Source: Octopus bimaculoides (Eukaryota). From it: 64,000 nucleotides of DNA. Numbering within the stretch: position 1 is the first letter of the stretch; each line of letters opens with the position of its first letter. The notes below the pieces were generated by a model, which saw only the letters and a list, made by a program, of their open reading frames with translations, did no database searches and was not told the DNA's origin. A program made the translations under genes and the position numbers. The stretch lies in the NCBI RefSeq assembly GCF_001194135.2, contig NC_069005.1:19859907-19923906 (forward strand), in the 5' to 3' direction. This document shows positions 35,676 to 47,352 of the stretch, piece by piece.

Positions 35676-36390
35676 CATGGCACCTTGGACAAGTGTCTTC
35701 CACTATAGTCTCAGACTGACCAAATCCTTATGAGTGGATTTGGTAGACAAAAACTGAAAGAAACCTTGCGTATATGAGTGTGTGTGTGTGTGTGTGTGTG
35801 TGTGCATAAGCAAACAAATGGGGGTGCATTGCACTGCAATAAATATTTCAAAAGTTAGACAGAGAAAGGAAAAATAGACAAAAACTGGGCGAAAACATAA
35901 CAGACAGAAAAGGGAGAGAAAAACACAATGCAAGGAACATTTGAAGGTGATTTTCTCATCAGTTGGTTTCTGAAACATCTTCGTGGTTTTGCAATATTTA
36001 AAACAAAGACCACTGTTATAAACAGGAGCACCAGAGCATAGAGCTACAGGAAAAGGCTGACAAATAACATTGTGTATACAATAAGAAATAATGATGATAT
36101 AACAGACAAGGAATGGTATATATATACAATAGAAAATGCCTTATAGCTGCACAATAAGCAAAAGGTATAATTATATATGTACGTGTGACCTTGTGTCACT
36201 GTTTATCCCCCAACTGATGTGGATGTGTTTACAACCCCTGTTATCTAGCAGTTGGGCAAAAAGAGACTGATAGAATAAGTACCAGCCTTAACAAAAGGTA
36301 AGTGCTGGAGACGATCCATCTGATTAAAACTTTTTTAAGGTGATGCCCCAGTATGGCCGCAGGCTAATGACTGAAACAAGTAAAAGATAG
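35676..36390 (+). mobile_element. SINE family B split into 5' (35676-35766) and 3' (about 36190-36390) halves
   Basis: GGCACCTTGGACAAGTGTCTT...AACTGAAAGAAACC, then GACTGATAGAATAAGTACC...ATGACTGAAACAAGTAAAAGATA. Confidence 0.6.
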
Positions 36391-37489
36391 ATGTATGTGT
36401 ACACACACACACACGCACACACACACGCGCGCGCGCACGCACACACACGCACACACACACACACACACATATTTATTCAAAACGTTTGTGTGTGTGTGTG
36501 GTGTGTATATTTTGTGTGTGATCAAGGTATTTCAGCTGGTATAGTATATCAAGGGCTACACAATCCAATGTGATGTCTTTTTTTGTTAAGGTAGGTAGGC
36601 TGGGACTTGGGAGAGATTTGGCAGCTGTAAGTAGAGTAACAACGTTAAAGACTCCTTCATTAATTTGATGCAAGTAGTAGAAAATAGTTTAATGTAGCAA
36701 AGAAGAGAAGGGACTCAGAAATATAAATAGAACGAGGAGGACTCTGGTTGGTAAAGAAAATTGTGCCTTTAAGTCAGACCACACAGCATCATTCTGAATT
36801 TTTGAATGCTTACTAGAGTTATCTCCCCTGCAACAACTAGTTCTGCGTTGTGTGAATATATCTATATATGCACACACATATATGTTCATGCATTTGCATG
36901 TATATGTGGGTGTATATATGTAAAATAGGTATAACTACACATAATTTCTTATATATATATATACACGTGTGTGTGTATATATACATTTACTTGTATGTGT
37001 GTGTAAATACACACACGCAAACAAACCAAATTGGTTGCAATCATTGGACATTAGCAACAGCAATAAGACTCATCAAAATATGTAATTATTAAAATTGTCA
37101 AATTATCCATTCCTACATGTATCATTGATTGGCAAACACTTAACGAATGCAGCAAGATGGTACATGTTGGAGGGTTCATTATGGGTGGGGGGGTGACACA
37201 TATTTAATATTTCAGTTTTATAAACATTTTGGTTGATGTGACTCCTCATTTTCTTTTCAGTAATTAATGTTTCTTGTTTAATTATTCTAACATTAAGTAT
37301 GTTATCTATATATTTATTTATTTATAAGCGTGTTTGTGTTACCAATTGATTCATTGCTTGTTTTATTACTTATTATATTTTTATTTTTCCATATTTTTAT
37401 TCTTATTATATCTGGTATTATTGTTGTTTCATTATTATTGTTGTTGTTATTGTGGATTTGTAGAGTTGTTAAAGCATTGCAAAATTGCT

Positions 37490-38890
37490 TTGCTGTATTT
37501 ATTCCAGTTCTTTACATCCTGAGTTCAAATTCCGCCAAGATTGATTTTACCTTTCATCTGTTCAGGGTCAATATAATGTGTACCAATTTAGCACTGGTGA
37601 CAATATAATGAACTTACCCCCTTCTTCAAAAGTGCTGGCCTTGTGCCAAAATTAGAAAGAATCATTATCATTATTATTTTTATCATTATTATTATTATTA
37701 TTATTATTACTAGAATGATGAATTAGCAGAATCATTCAGACATCAAACAAAATGCCTTACCTATTTGTTCCAGCTGTTTTTATTCTGAGTTCAAGTTTTG
37801 CCTTTCATCCCTCCAGGGTCAGTAAAATAAAACACTAATCAGGAAATAGGGTCAGTGTAATTGACTAATCTCCCTGCTCTCGTAAAACAAATTTTAATTA
37901 CTTGTGCCAAAGTTAGAAAGGATTACTTTTAAGGTGGTGAGCTAGCAGAATTCTTAGCATGCCAGACAAAATGCTTAGCAGCATTTCATCCATCTTTACA
38001 TTCTGAGCTCAAATTCCACTAAGTTTGACTTTGCCTTTCATCATTTTCGGGTTGATGAAATAAGTACCAGTCAAGTACTTGGGTCGATGTAATTGACTAG
38101 CCCCACTTCCCTAATATTTCAGGCCTTGTGCCTATAGTTGAAAGGACTATTATTATTTGATGTGGTTCATTTTCAGTCTTACTCCTTGTAGAATTTATGT
38201 GGGTGGCAGGTCACTACATATACCCTCAGATCTCCACACAGTTTCAGTAAGTGCTCAAAACCCTCCTGATGATCTTTCCTATTCCTAAGAGGCAAACTTT
38301 CTGTAGAAGTTCTCCAGGACATTCCATTTCAATCTACTTTATCCATTTGTCGATAGGAAATTATTATTATTACTATTATTGTCATTATTATTATTATTAT
38401 TGCAGTGAGCTGCAGAATTTTTGGTATGTCAGACAAAATGCCTCATGGCATTTCTTCAGAAATAGTTGGAAGAAACACCACTAGGCATTTTGTTCGACAC
38501 ACTAAAAATTGTGTGGCTCATTGCTTTGATAATAAAGTTGTGAGTTCAAATTTCGCCAAAGTTAACTTTGCCTTTCACCTCTTTGAGGGTCAATAAAACA
38601 AGTAGCAGTCAAATACATAATCAAGTAGCCCCTCCCCACAAATTTGTCAGGTCTTGTGCCTACAATAGAAGTAGTTATTATTTTCAAGTTATTATTTTGC
38701 AGCATTTCCTCCAGGCTTATGTTCTGGGTTCAAATTCCTCCAAGGTCAGCTTTGCCTTTCATCTTTTCAGGGTTGATAAAATAAATACCTGTTGTACACT
38801 GGGGTTAATGTAATCAACCAACCCTTCTCCACCAAACTTTCAGGCCTTATGCCTACAATAGAAAGCATTATTATTTTCATTCTTATCATT
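37490..38890 (+). mobile_element. cluster of about 5 head-to-tail family-A SINEs separated by (ATT)n tails
   Basis: Repeated GAGTTCAAATT...TTTGCCTTTCA(T/C)C...GGGT...AAATAAGTACC core at about 37520, 37790, 38005, 38545 and 38730, each followed by GGCCTTGTGCC and an ATT-rich tail. Confidence 0.75.
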
Positions 38891-38931
38891 TGCATTATTT
38901 TTATTTGCCTTATTTGCATTATCCTTATTTC

Positions 38932-38976
<45 letters not shown>

Positions 38977-39045
38977 TTGCCTTTTAATTTTATTTTCCTT
39001 TTAATTTAATCCATTTTCCTTTGTTGACCTTCCTTTTTTTGTCAG

Positions 39046-39990
39046 GCCTCCTCCACCACTACCGCCATCTTCACTTCCTCTTTCTCAACCTTTCCCCGGG
39101 TTTCCCCACATGGAATCTGCAGTGATGAAACAAAGTTCGCAGTCCTCCACTTCGGATGGCAACTACAGTAGTTTCCAATCATCGGAGACGGTCAAATCAT
39201 CTTCGATGTCAACCCATAGCACATCAGCAGATGAAACTTGCGGTACCACTGCATTCACGGGCCTCGTTGATGTCCCGTCTGCCTTTGCACCTGTCCATCC
39301 TCTTGGACCAGCTCCAGTGATTTCCGAGCAAATGGAATCAAAGACTTCCCAGAGTTATTCAAAGCTGGAGAGCACCGACTCGAAATCTGAAGTGATGCAG
39401 AAGAGCGAACAGTCAACAATGGAGCGATCAGAGAAATATGCCATGTCTTCATCGACACTGCAACAACAACAACAACAACAACAACAACACCAACAACTGC
39501 CACAGCTTCAACAGCCCCCTTTGATGATGATGATGATGAGTAACAAAATGCAGAGCGAGAGTCAGGGCCAGGGCTTGCCCATAGCGGACATGAACGCTCC
39601 GCCTTTCCCTGTCCAGCAGAGCTACGAAACTAAGTCTGAGCAGAGTCACATTTACAAGAAGATTGAGCACAGTGACGTGTCCCAGGGTTTTCCCTGCCCA
39701 CCGCCACCACCACCGCCCCTAGCTCCTTCGGCACAGCCGATTCCGCTACAGATCGGTGCTGGTCAAGCGGATAGTTATTACCAACAACAGCAACAGCAAT
39801 ATCAGCAACAGCAGCAGCAGCAGGACTCCAGCCCTGGTTACCAGGTGTTATCTCCCTTCCAGAGCTCACAACACTATGAATCTAGTGTCTCCGAACAACA
39901 ACAACAACACCAACAGCAGCAACAGCAAGAGGTCGTCACCTCTTCCATGCAGCAACACTCCTCTGTATCTGCTTCGGACAATTTCCAGAG
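39046..39990 (+). CDS. PXN: paxillin internal exon (945 bp, phase 2-2), Pro/Gln/Ser-rich low-complexity region
   Basis: Acceptor CCTTCCTTTTTTTGTCAG| and donor CCAGAG|GTTAGA. The frame is open (PPPPLPPSSLPLSQPFPGFPHMESAVMKQ...SDNFQ) with poly-Q tracts, and the phase-2 junction AG|C reads in frame into the LD4 exon (FQSRQMAG). Confidence 0.75.
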
Positions 39991-40063
39991 GTTAGATTCC
40001 ATCCCAGTGCATGACCGAGTGAAGTGCTTAACCTGAAACTGCATTCTTAACAAATCAACATAT

Positions 40064-40103
<40 letters not shown>

Positions 40104-40139
40104 TTGCAAGATTTTTGATGTGAAATCGTGTGTTGAAAC

Positions 40140-40379
40140 AGATGTTGTTGTACTTGGGGATGGTCATATTGCCAGTTTAGCCAATAAAAACACACGCACT
40201 GTATATTTGGTGTTAATTTGCTTCAGCTTTATATTACATTAATCTTAATCTTATTTCGGCCAGAGTTCTTTCGTCACACTTCTGTGACCTCATCAGTGGT
40301 CCTTTGTTTCCTTCTTTCTTATGTGTGTCTCACCTTGCTAACTATCAGCCATTTTGTATATTTTCAAAATGGCTGATAG
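40140..40379 (-). mobile_element. Penelope-like (PLE) terminal-repeat-derived element carrying a hammerhead motif
   Basis: Shares CTTGGGA...TAAA(A)ACACACGCACT with 60375-60420, and both carry a minus-strand hammerhead core. PLE termini are known to carry minimal hammerheads. The family assignment is an inference. Confidence 0.5.
40258..40302 (-). ncRNA. minimal type-I hammerhead ribozyme (candidate)
   Basis: The minus strand reads GGACCA-CTGATGA-G-GTCACA-GAAG-TGTGAC-GAAA-GAAC-TC-TGGCC. This gives an intact CUGAUGA/GAAA core, a 6-bp stem II, stem I pairing (4 of 5), a short stem III and a CUC cleavage triplet. Confidence 0.75.
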
Positions 40380-40682
40380 NNNNNNNNNNNNNNNNNNNNN
40401 NNNNNNNNNNNNNNNNNNNNNNNNNNNNNNNNNNNNNNNNNNNNNNNNNNNNNNNNNNNNNNNNNNNNNNNNNNNNNNNNNNNNNNNNNNNNNNNNNNNN
40501 NNNNNNNNNNNNNNNNNNNNNNNNNNNNNNNNNNNNNNNNNNNNNNNNNNNNNNNNNNNNNNNNNNNNNNNNNNNNNNNNNNNNNNNNNNNNNNNNNNNN
40601 NNNNNNNNNNNNNNNNNNNNNNNNNNNNNNNNNNNNNNNNNNNNNNNNNNNNNNNNNNNNNNNNNNNNNNNNNNNNNNNNNN

Positions 40683-40714
<32 letters not shown>

Positions 40715-41095
40715 GAATATGTGTGTATATGTGTATATCCACATATATACACACACATGTATACACAAACGTATGTACACAGTATGTCCCATATCTAAGG
40801 CTACATTTAACATGAATTTCAGGTCTTAATTGTTGCCTTCCTTATGGGACAACTGGTGCCCGTCCATAGTTTGTTTCTTTCCTCCCACTCCCACTTAACC
40901 CTCACCTCCTCCTCCTTTTAGTTTTGTTTTTAACATTTATTTTTTGTTTTGTTTTGAATTTTTTGTTTTAATATTTAGTTGCTTTGGTTGCTTTTTTGTT
41001 GTAATTATTAGATATTGTTTTTTTCTTCTGTTGAATTATTTATGAAACCTAACTTCATTTCTGTTGGTATGTGCATGTATGCGTGTGTGTGCTTT

Positions 41096-41131
<36 letters not shown>

Positions 41132-41329
41132 TGTCTGTGTGCATACTCACACACATTCACACTCATGTTGAAGTTTCTGATTTTTCATTATCGTTATTAA
41201 TTTTTATTATTATGTTTATGATTATCATAATTACTATTTTTGTTATTCTTGTTACTATTATTATTGTTACTCTTATTCCTATTATCATTATTACTATTAT
41301 TATTATATTATTATTATTATTTCTGATAT

Positions 41330-41550
41330 GGCAGTGAGCTGGCAAAATCATTAGCATGCCAGGTGAAATACTTAGTAGTATTTGATCTGTCTATATGTTC
41401 TGAGTTCAAATTCCACCGAGGTCGACTTTGCCTTTCATCCTTCCAGGGTCGTTAAATTAAGTATCAGTGAAATACTGGGGTCGATGTAATCAGCTTGCTC
41501 CCTCCCTAAAATTTCCGGCCTTGTGCCTATAGTAGGCAGGATTATTGTTG
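41330..41550 (+). mobile_element. SINE family A copy
   Basis: GGCAGTGAGCTGGCAAAATC...GAGTTCAAATTCCACCGAGGTCGACTTTGCCTTTCATCC...GGCCTTGTGCC with a (TTG)n tail. Confidence 0.75.
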
Positions 41551-42551
41551 TTGTTGTTTTGTGGTGTATTAGTGAAGCCCCTTTATTTCTCCCGCAGGAG
41601 AAGTAAAGGGACATCACTTTTGTTCTTCTGGGTTGTGAAGGCAGCTGAGACTGCAATGTCACTGTCAACTCTTTCCTTGTTAAAATTAATAAATAGTCAG
41701 CTAGTGAGCTTTGTAAATACACACACACATATACACACATGTACACATGTGTGTATATGTGTGTGTGTGTAAAAGAAAGAGAATATGGTCTGTTTGTTGG
41801 GAGGGCAAAGAATAAAAGGACAGGATTTTACAATTTTTCTTATATTTTTAGTCTGGAGTTGCAATCGTGCAATGGTCAGCTTCATGTTTAATTCCTCCAA
41901 GGCTGTCATTGTTGTTTAGCTCTGATCAGTCCTAACAGAGCAGACCTAAAATCAAAGGCATTCAAGTGATGACCATCCCCGTCTAACTTATTTGCAGACT
42001 ATGTCCTCTGTTGTTTAAACCCAAACCAATTCTGACTATGCAGATTTATGGTCAAAGGCATTCTAGCCATGACCATCTTGTCTTTTTTCCTGCTCAGTGA
42101 ACATTAGATAAACATTAGATAAGCATTTACCTTTTCAAGAAATGTGTATTATTTTGTGAGAACTTTAGCTGCTATTTTAAGCAGATTGAATGACCTAGTA
42201 GAGGACTCCCTTGCTGGCTCATGTGGAACTGATGATATTGAAGTACTAATAATATGACAAAATGATTAATGGTATTTCTTCCAGTTCTTTACATTCTGAG
42301 TTCAAATCCTGCCAAAATCAACTTAGCCTTCCATATTTCAAGGTTGATAAGATAAAGCGTCAGCCAAGTAGTGGGGGTCAATGTAATTAACTTGCTTTTT
42401 ACCCTCAAAAATTGCTGGCCTGGAACCCTGTAATGAACTGGAGTCCCATTAAAGGGTGTGTTGTAATCTCCATCACTTACACACCATAGAAACAAAGTAT
42501 CTGGCTTTATGGACCCTAGGGCTCAAGAAAAAAAAAATACATAGGAGGCAC

Positions 42552-42700
42552 AGGTGTGGCTGTGTGGTAAGAAGCTTGCTTACCAATCATGTGGTCTTAG
42601 GTTCAGTCCTACTGCATAGCAGCAAGTGTCTTCTACTATAACTCCAGTTCGACCAATGCCCTGTGAGTGAATTTAGTAGACAACAACCGTAAGAAGCCCA
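42552..42700 (+). mobile_element. SINE family B 5' part
   Basis: GGTGTGGCTGTGTGGTAAGAAGCTTGCTT...GGTTCAGTCC...GTGTCTTCTACTATA. Confidence 0.7.
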
Positions 42701-42884
42701 TCATACACACACACACACACATTAATGAGTGGACAAACAAAAGAAAAGGGCACTCAACATATTTAGTAGGAGTTACATGTATTATTTTCGGCAATCCAAA
42801 GCCTAAAAGATACAGGCTTCTGTTAGAAACCTGTGAAACTTTAAGTTGCATGGACCCATATCAAACTGATTTAAATAAAATACA

Positions 42885-42939
<55 letters not shown>

Positions 42940-43461
42940 ATAGGGAGGCGTGAGTGTTGATGACTGTTTGATGCCGGTGGTTAGTGAACTTTTTTCCCCT
43001 CCCATTATCAACCATGTAAACATGGGTAATAGTGATGATAATAATGATGATGATGATGATGATGATGATGATCTTTATTAACAGTGAGAGGTCCATGAGA
43101 CACAGAAAAATGCTGTGAACATTAACAGGGGGTGGGCAGGAGGCACTTATGATGATGATGCCCCCTCCAATTTAATGTCCATAGTATTTAATAATAATAA
43201 TAATAATAATTACTTAATGTTTTCTTTTATTTTCTATTTCACACAAACATAAAGGTATTTTTGATATTTTGTTGTTTGTGTTTATTGCTCTTTTCTATGT
43301 TTTTGGTTTGTTTTTAAATTTGGTTGCTTTGATGTTTTCATACTTGCTGCTGCTCCTGCAAGCAGTGTGGTGAAAGCACTGGACTGGGTTTCTTTTTGGT
43401 ATTTAGTTACATCCCTTAGTTCAAACCTCCACAAGGTTTATTTGCAACATGTATACACACA

Positions 43462-43690
43462 GGTGAGCTGGCAGAAACGTTAGCACGCCAGGCGAAACGC
43501 TTAGCCGTATTTCGTCTGCCGCTACGTTCCGAGTTCAAATTCCGCCGAGGTCGACTTTGCCTTTCATCCTTTCGGGGTCGATTAAATAAGTACCAGTTAC
43601 GCATTGGGGTCGATATAATCGACTTAATCCGTTTGTCTGTCCTTGTTTGTCCCCTCTGTGTGTAGCCCCTTGTGGGTAGTAAAGAAATAA
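43462..43690 (+). mobile_element. young, CpG-rich family-A tRNA-derived SINE
   Basis: GGTGAGCTGGCAGAAACGTTAG (A-box-like), GAGTTCAAATTCC (B-box-like) and the core GTCGACTTTGCCTTTCATCCTTTCGGGGTCGATTAAATAAGTACCAG, which resembles the Meta-domain class of SINE cores. It retains many CpGs that other copies have lost. Confidence 0.8.
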
Positions 43691-44158
43691 CACACACACA
43701 TGTATCCCTTCCAGCATGCTGAAGTTTCTACAGTTGTGTATATACACACACACACCCCTTTCAGCCAGCTGAAGTTGATATTGATTAAAAAAAAAGTATA
43801 TACCAGTTAAATATTGGAGGTATTTGATTAAATCTACAACATGCCCTTTTTGGGAAAATTATTGTGGTTCTAAGCCAGTGTTGTTAATGTTTGCAATTAT
43901 TACTATTATTATATATTTTTTATTTATTGAATTTTTTGCTGCTGTCGTTTTCCTAACATGTTTTTAGTTTGGACATTTTTTCTAACGCTATAAATTGCAT
44001 GGAGTCTGGTGGTCTTGACACAAACAAACACACTGTTGTTGAGACATATATTACAAGTTTATATATAAATATATGTATATCTATATCTATCTACACACAT
44101 GCACACATATACACATATATACGTATAGACAGATATATCTATATCTTTATCTCTCTCT

Positions 44159-44200
<42 letters not shown>

Positions 44201-44203
<3 letters not shown>

Positions 44204-44566
44204 AGTAAAAATAAATACAAAAAAGGGTTTTTTTTTGTATGATTGTGTATAGAGGAATATATTATTTTGTTTAAAAGAGTTCCAACACTGTCTGTTTTTT
44301 ATGTTTTATTTATAATCCTGCAAAACCAATGTGGGGTATAGAATATGGAATATACAATATATAATATAATATTCAATATTTCATCTACATCCAATACTTT
44401 ATTTCATGGTGCCACCCATTTTTATTTTACTTTATTTTATTTTATTTTATATTATATATTGTATATTATATTATATATTGTATATCCCATATTCTATACC
44501 CCACATTGGTCCTGCAGGAATATAAATAAAACATAAAAAACAGACAGCGTTGGCACTCTCTTAAAC

Positions 44567-44573
<7 letters not shown>
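44201..44573. repeat. fold-back element, copy 1 (inverted arms of about 105-110 nt)
   Basis: 44263-44372 is the reverse complement of about 44462-44573 with a few mismatches. The 5' part is also found at 57119. Confidence 0.85.
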
Positions 44574-44660
<87 letters not shown>

Positions 44661-45040
44661 CTCAAACATGCTCAAACATTACTAATAAATTAGAGATGAA
44701 CACTGCATTAGGGTAGATGAATCCATTCTTTGAACAATTGGCACTCTCATCAAGCAAGATGGTTTAGTTGCCACTATCATTCATACTATTAAATAATTGC
44801 AAATGTATTCACATTAAGCCCATGCTATTGCATTAACAACTCTCTACTGTTAAAAGAATAAATACATTCATATACTTGAGTGTGTGCTTGTGTGTATGTA
44901 TACACACACACATACACACAAAGTTCAAATGTATGTGCAATATATATATGTATGTATACATATATGTTTTTGATTATATTTCTTTTTTAAAGCCAAAACA
45001 GTGTAATAAAAATGATACAGGTCGATAGATTTGTCTTGAA

Positions 45041-45189
45041 TTTCAATGTTTCATGGTTAGGAACTCAGGAGAAAAGTCGTTATTTGTTGACGTCTCTGAC
45101 TTTCATATGCACACTACAGGACAGAGGAGTCAGCAAATAACTTGTCTCCAAAGATTTCCTGAAGAGGCTTTAATCCTGAAATATTGAAA
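45041..45189. repeat. imperfect long hairpin containing a degenerate hammerhead-like core on the plus strand
   Basis: TTTCAATGTTTCA...GTTATTTGTTGACGTCTCTG pairs with CAGAGGAGTCAGCAAATAAC...TGAAATATTGAAA. The right arm reads TTTC-CTGAAGA-GGCTTTAATCCT-GAAA-TATT-GAAA. Confidence 0.6.
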
Positions 45190-45503
45190 CACCAGCTAAA
45201 AGTATCAACCTGTATTATTTCTAAAACTTGCATCCTTTTGGCTTAAAAATATGAGACAATGTTTCATGAAAACTATACTATTCATTTATGAAAATAGATA
45301 GAAGAGCCCAATTAGCTAGGTTCCTGTAATGAGCTTATGAATCTTTAAGTTGCATGGGGCCAAATCAAACTGTTTCCAAAAATAATACATACATATATAC
45401 ATATATACATACATACATATATATGTATATATATATATATATAGTGTGTGGCATTATTATTTTTCTGTAGTAATGCCCATTATATAAATATAAACGAATA
45501 ATA

Positions 45504-45541
<38 letters not shown>

Positions 45542-45605
45542 GGTAAAGCTTCACAAGTAGAATAGCACTCGATCAGCTAAAGAGAGTTGTGGTCTTTCTT
45601 ATAAC

Positions 45606-45643
<38 letters not shown>

Positions 45644-45788
45644 ATGATAGATATAGATATATATTCAGCATGGTGGCTGAATATTCCATTGTGGTTTTCA
45701 AGGTGACCCATAATTGGTTACACTTGAGATGCATATTGTTATTTTCACTGCATAGTATCCTCATTTCTTGGTCTCTTCTCTCCTACAG

Positions 45789-45984
45789 CCGACAGATGGC
45801 AGGGGTCAACTCAGCCGCTACAACTGTGGGTCAGCACCCACAGATCGGGGGCCAGGTCTATGGCCAAAATGCCACATATATACAGCAGCCCCTCTACCAG
45901 GAAACACCAATGATGTCCCCACAAACAGCTTCTACCGCCACTCGAGAGCTGGATGAGTTAATGGCTTCACTCTCTGAGTTTAGG
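45789..45984 (+). CDS. PXN: paxillin exon encoding the LD4 motif (196 bp, phase 2-0)
   Basis: Acceptor TCTCTTCTCTCCTACAG| and donor AGG|GTAAGT. The translation RQMAGVNSAATTVGQHPQIGGQVYGQNATYIQQPLYQETPMMSPQTASTATRELDELMASLSEFR is nearly identical at its end to vertebrate paxillin LD4 (ATRELDELMASLSDFK). Confidence 0.92.
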
Positions 45985-46151
45985 GTAAGTCTATAGAGTT
46001 TAATGTACTTATATATAAATTATACTGATGATGGGTAGAACTGGAAAAAACACAGTTACATGCATGAGCATATACACACAAATGCACTCTGAAATATGCT
46101 CACTAACTCACAAATACACACAAATGCATGCACTCAGTGATTTTGTCGTGT

Positions 46152-46245
<94 letters not shown>

Positions 46246-47352
46246 CGACTCTCTCTCTCTCTTTTCCATATATTCCATATAGACACTTTCATTATAGACA
46301 CATTTTCCCAATTTAGAAATATGAGTTAATCAACATATTTTGTGTTTATCAAAGATTGTAAAATATTTATTTCTTGTACTCAACATTGTGTGTGTGTGTG
46401 TGTGTGTGTGTGGTTGACCTCTCCCCTCCTTGTTCTCCCTTGATAGCTTCACATGTGATCCATAATTAAAACCAGTTGTCCCAGAACCCATAAGCAAATG
46501 ATCAAGCAGGCTGTAGTGGAGGATTTGATTTAAAGTCAAGCATATGGAATGGAACAAACTTCTTGGAGTCATTAACTGCTCCAAATTAATTATATAATAA
46601 GATATATATATTTCACTTCCAGATTTGGTTTGCAAGATTCTTTGTGTGAGTTTGTGTGTTGAAGCATATTCTGTTGTGCCTGGGGAGAGTCATTCACTTT
46701 TAGTGCCTTATAAATTAACACACTCACTGGTAAAATTTCCACTCATTTACTTACTTATTTTTCTAAGATTTTTCGTTGCGTCTTGCAAACTTTTCAATAG
46801 TTGTTGACTCTATCTGTTATTCAAGCTGTGTTCTTTTGGTTTGTTTGTGCACATATGTGGGTTAGTGTGCGTGCGCATACACATGTATGTATGTAAGTAT
46901 GCATGCAAGTGTGTGTATGGGTGTGTATATGTATGTGTGTACGTTTGTATGTATTCTGCATATTCATGTGTTTGTGTGTTTTTATGTGTGTGTGTTTGCA
47001 TGCGTGTGTGTATCTCTGTCTCCTTGTGTGTGCGTGTGTGTATGGGTTTTTGTGACTATGTACTGTGTCTGTATGTGTGGATGTGTGTCTCCATATGTGT
47101 CCTTGTGTGAATTGAAGTGTCTATATGGTCATGTGCTTCAGTCTTCATTTGCATATGTGTGTTTATATGTGCTTGTCTGTTCATATTACCTGTGTACCTA
47201 TCCGGCTGTATGTCAATCTGTTTACTTTTGTATCCATTTGCCTACATACATGTGCATATACATATACATACACATACACACATCTACATAACAGCCCACT
47301 AACTATTCTACCTATATATAAATATGAACTGTGGATATGGGGGTATGTTTAT

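Noticed and set aside
37490-38890. Regularly spaced repeats superficially like a CRISPR array
   Set aside because: The repeats are diverged SINE copies of about 200 bp in eukaryotic DNA, and there are no cas genes.
43462-43540. tRNA-like A/B boxes here and in other SINE heads
   Set aside because: They do not form complete cloverleaves and continue into SINE bodies, so they are not tRNA genes.
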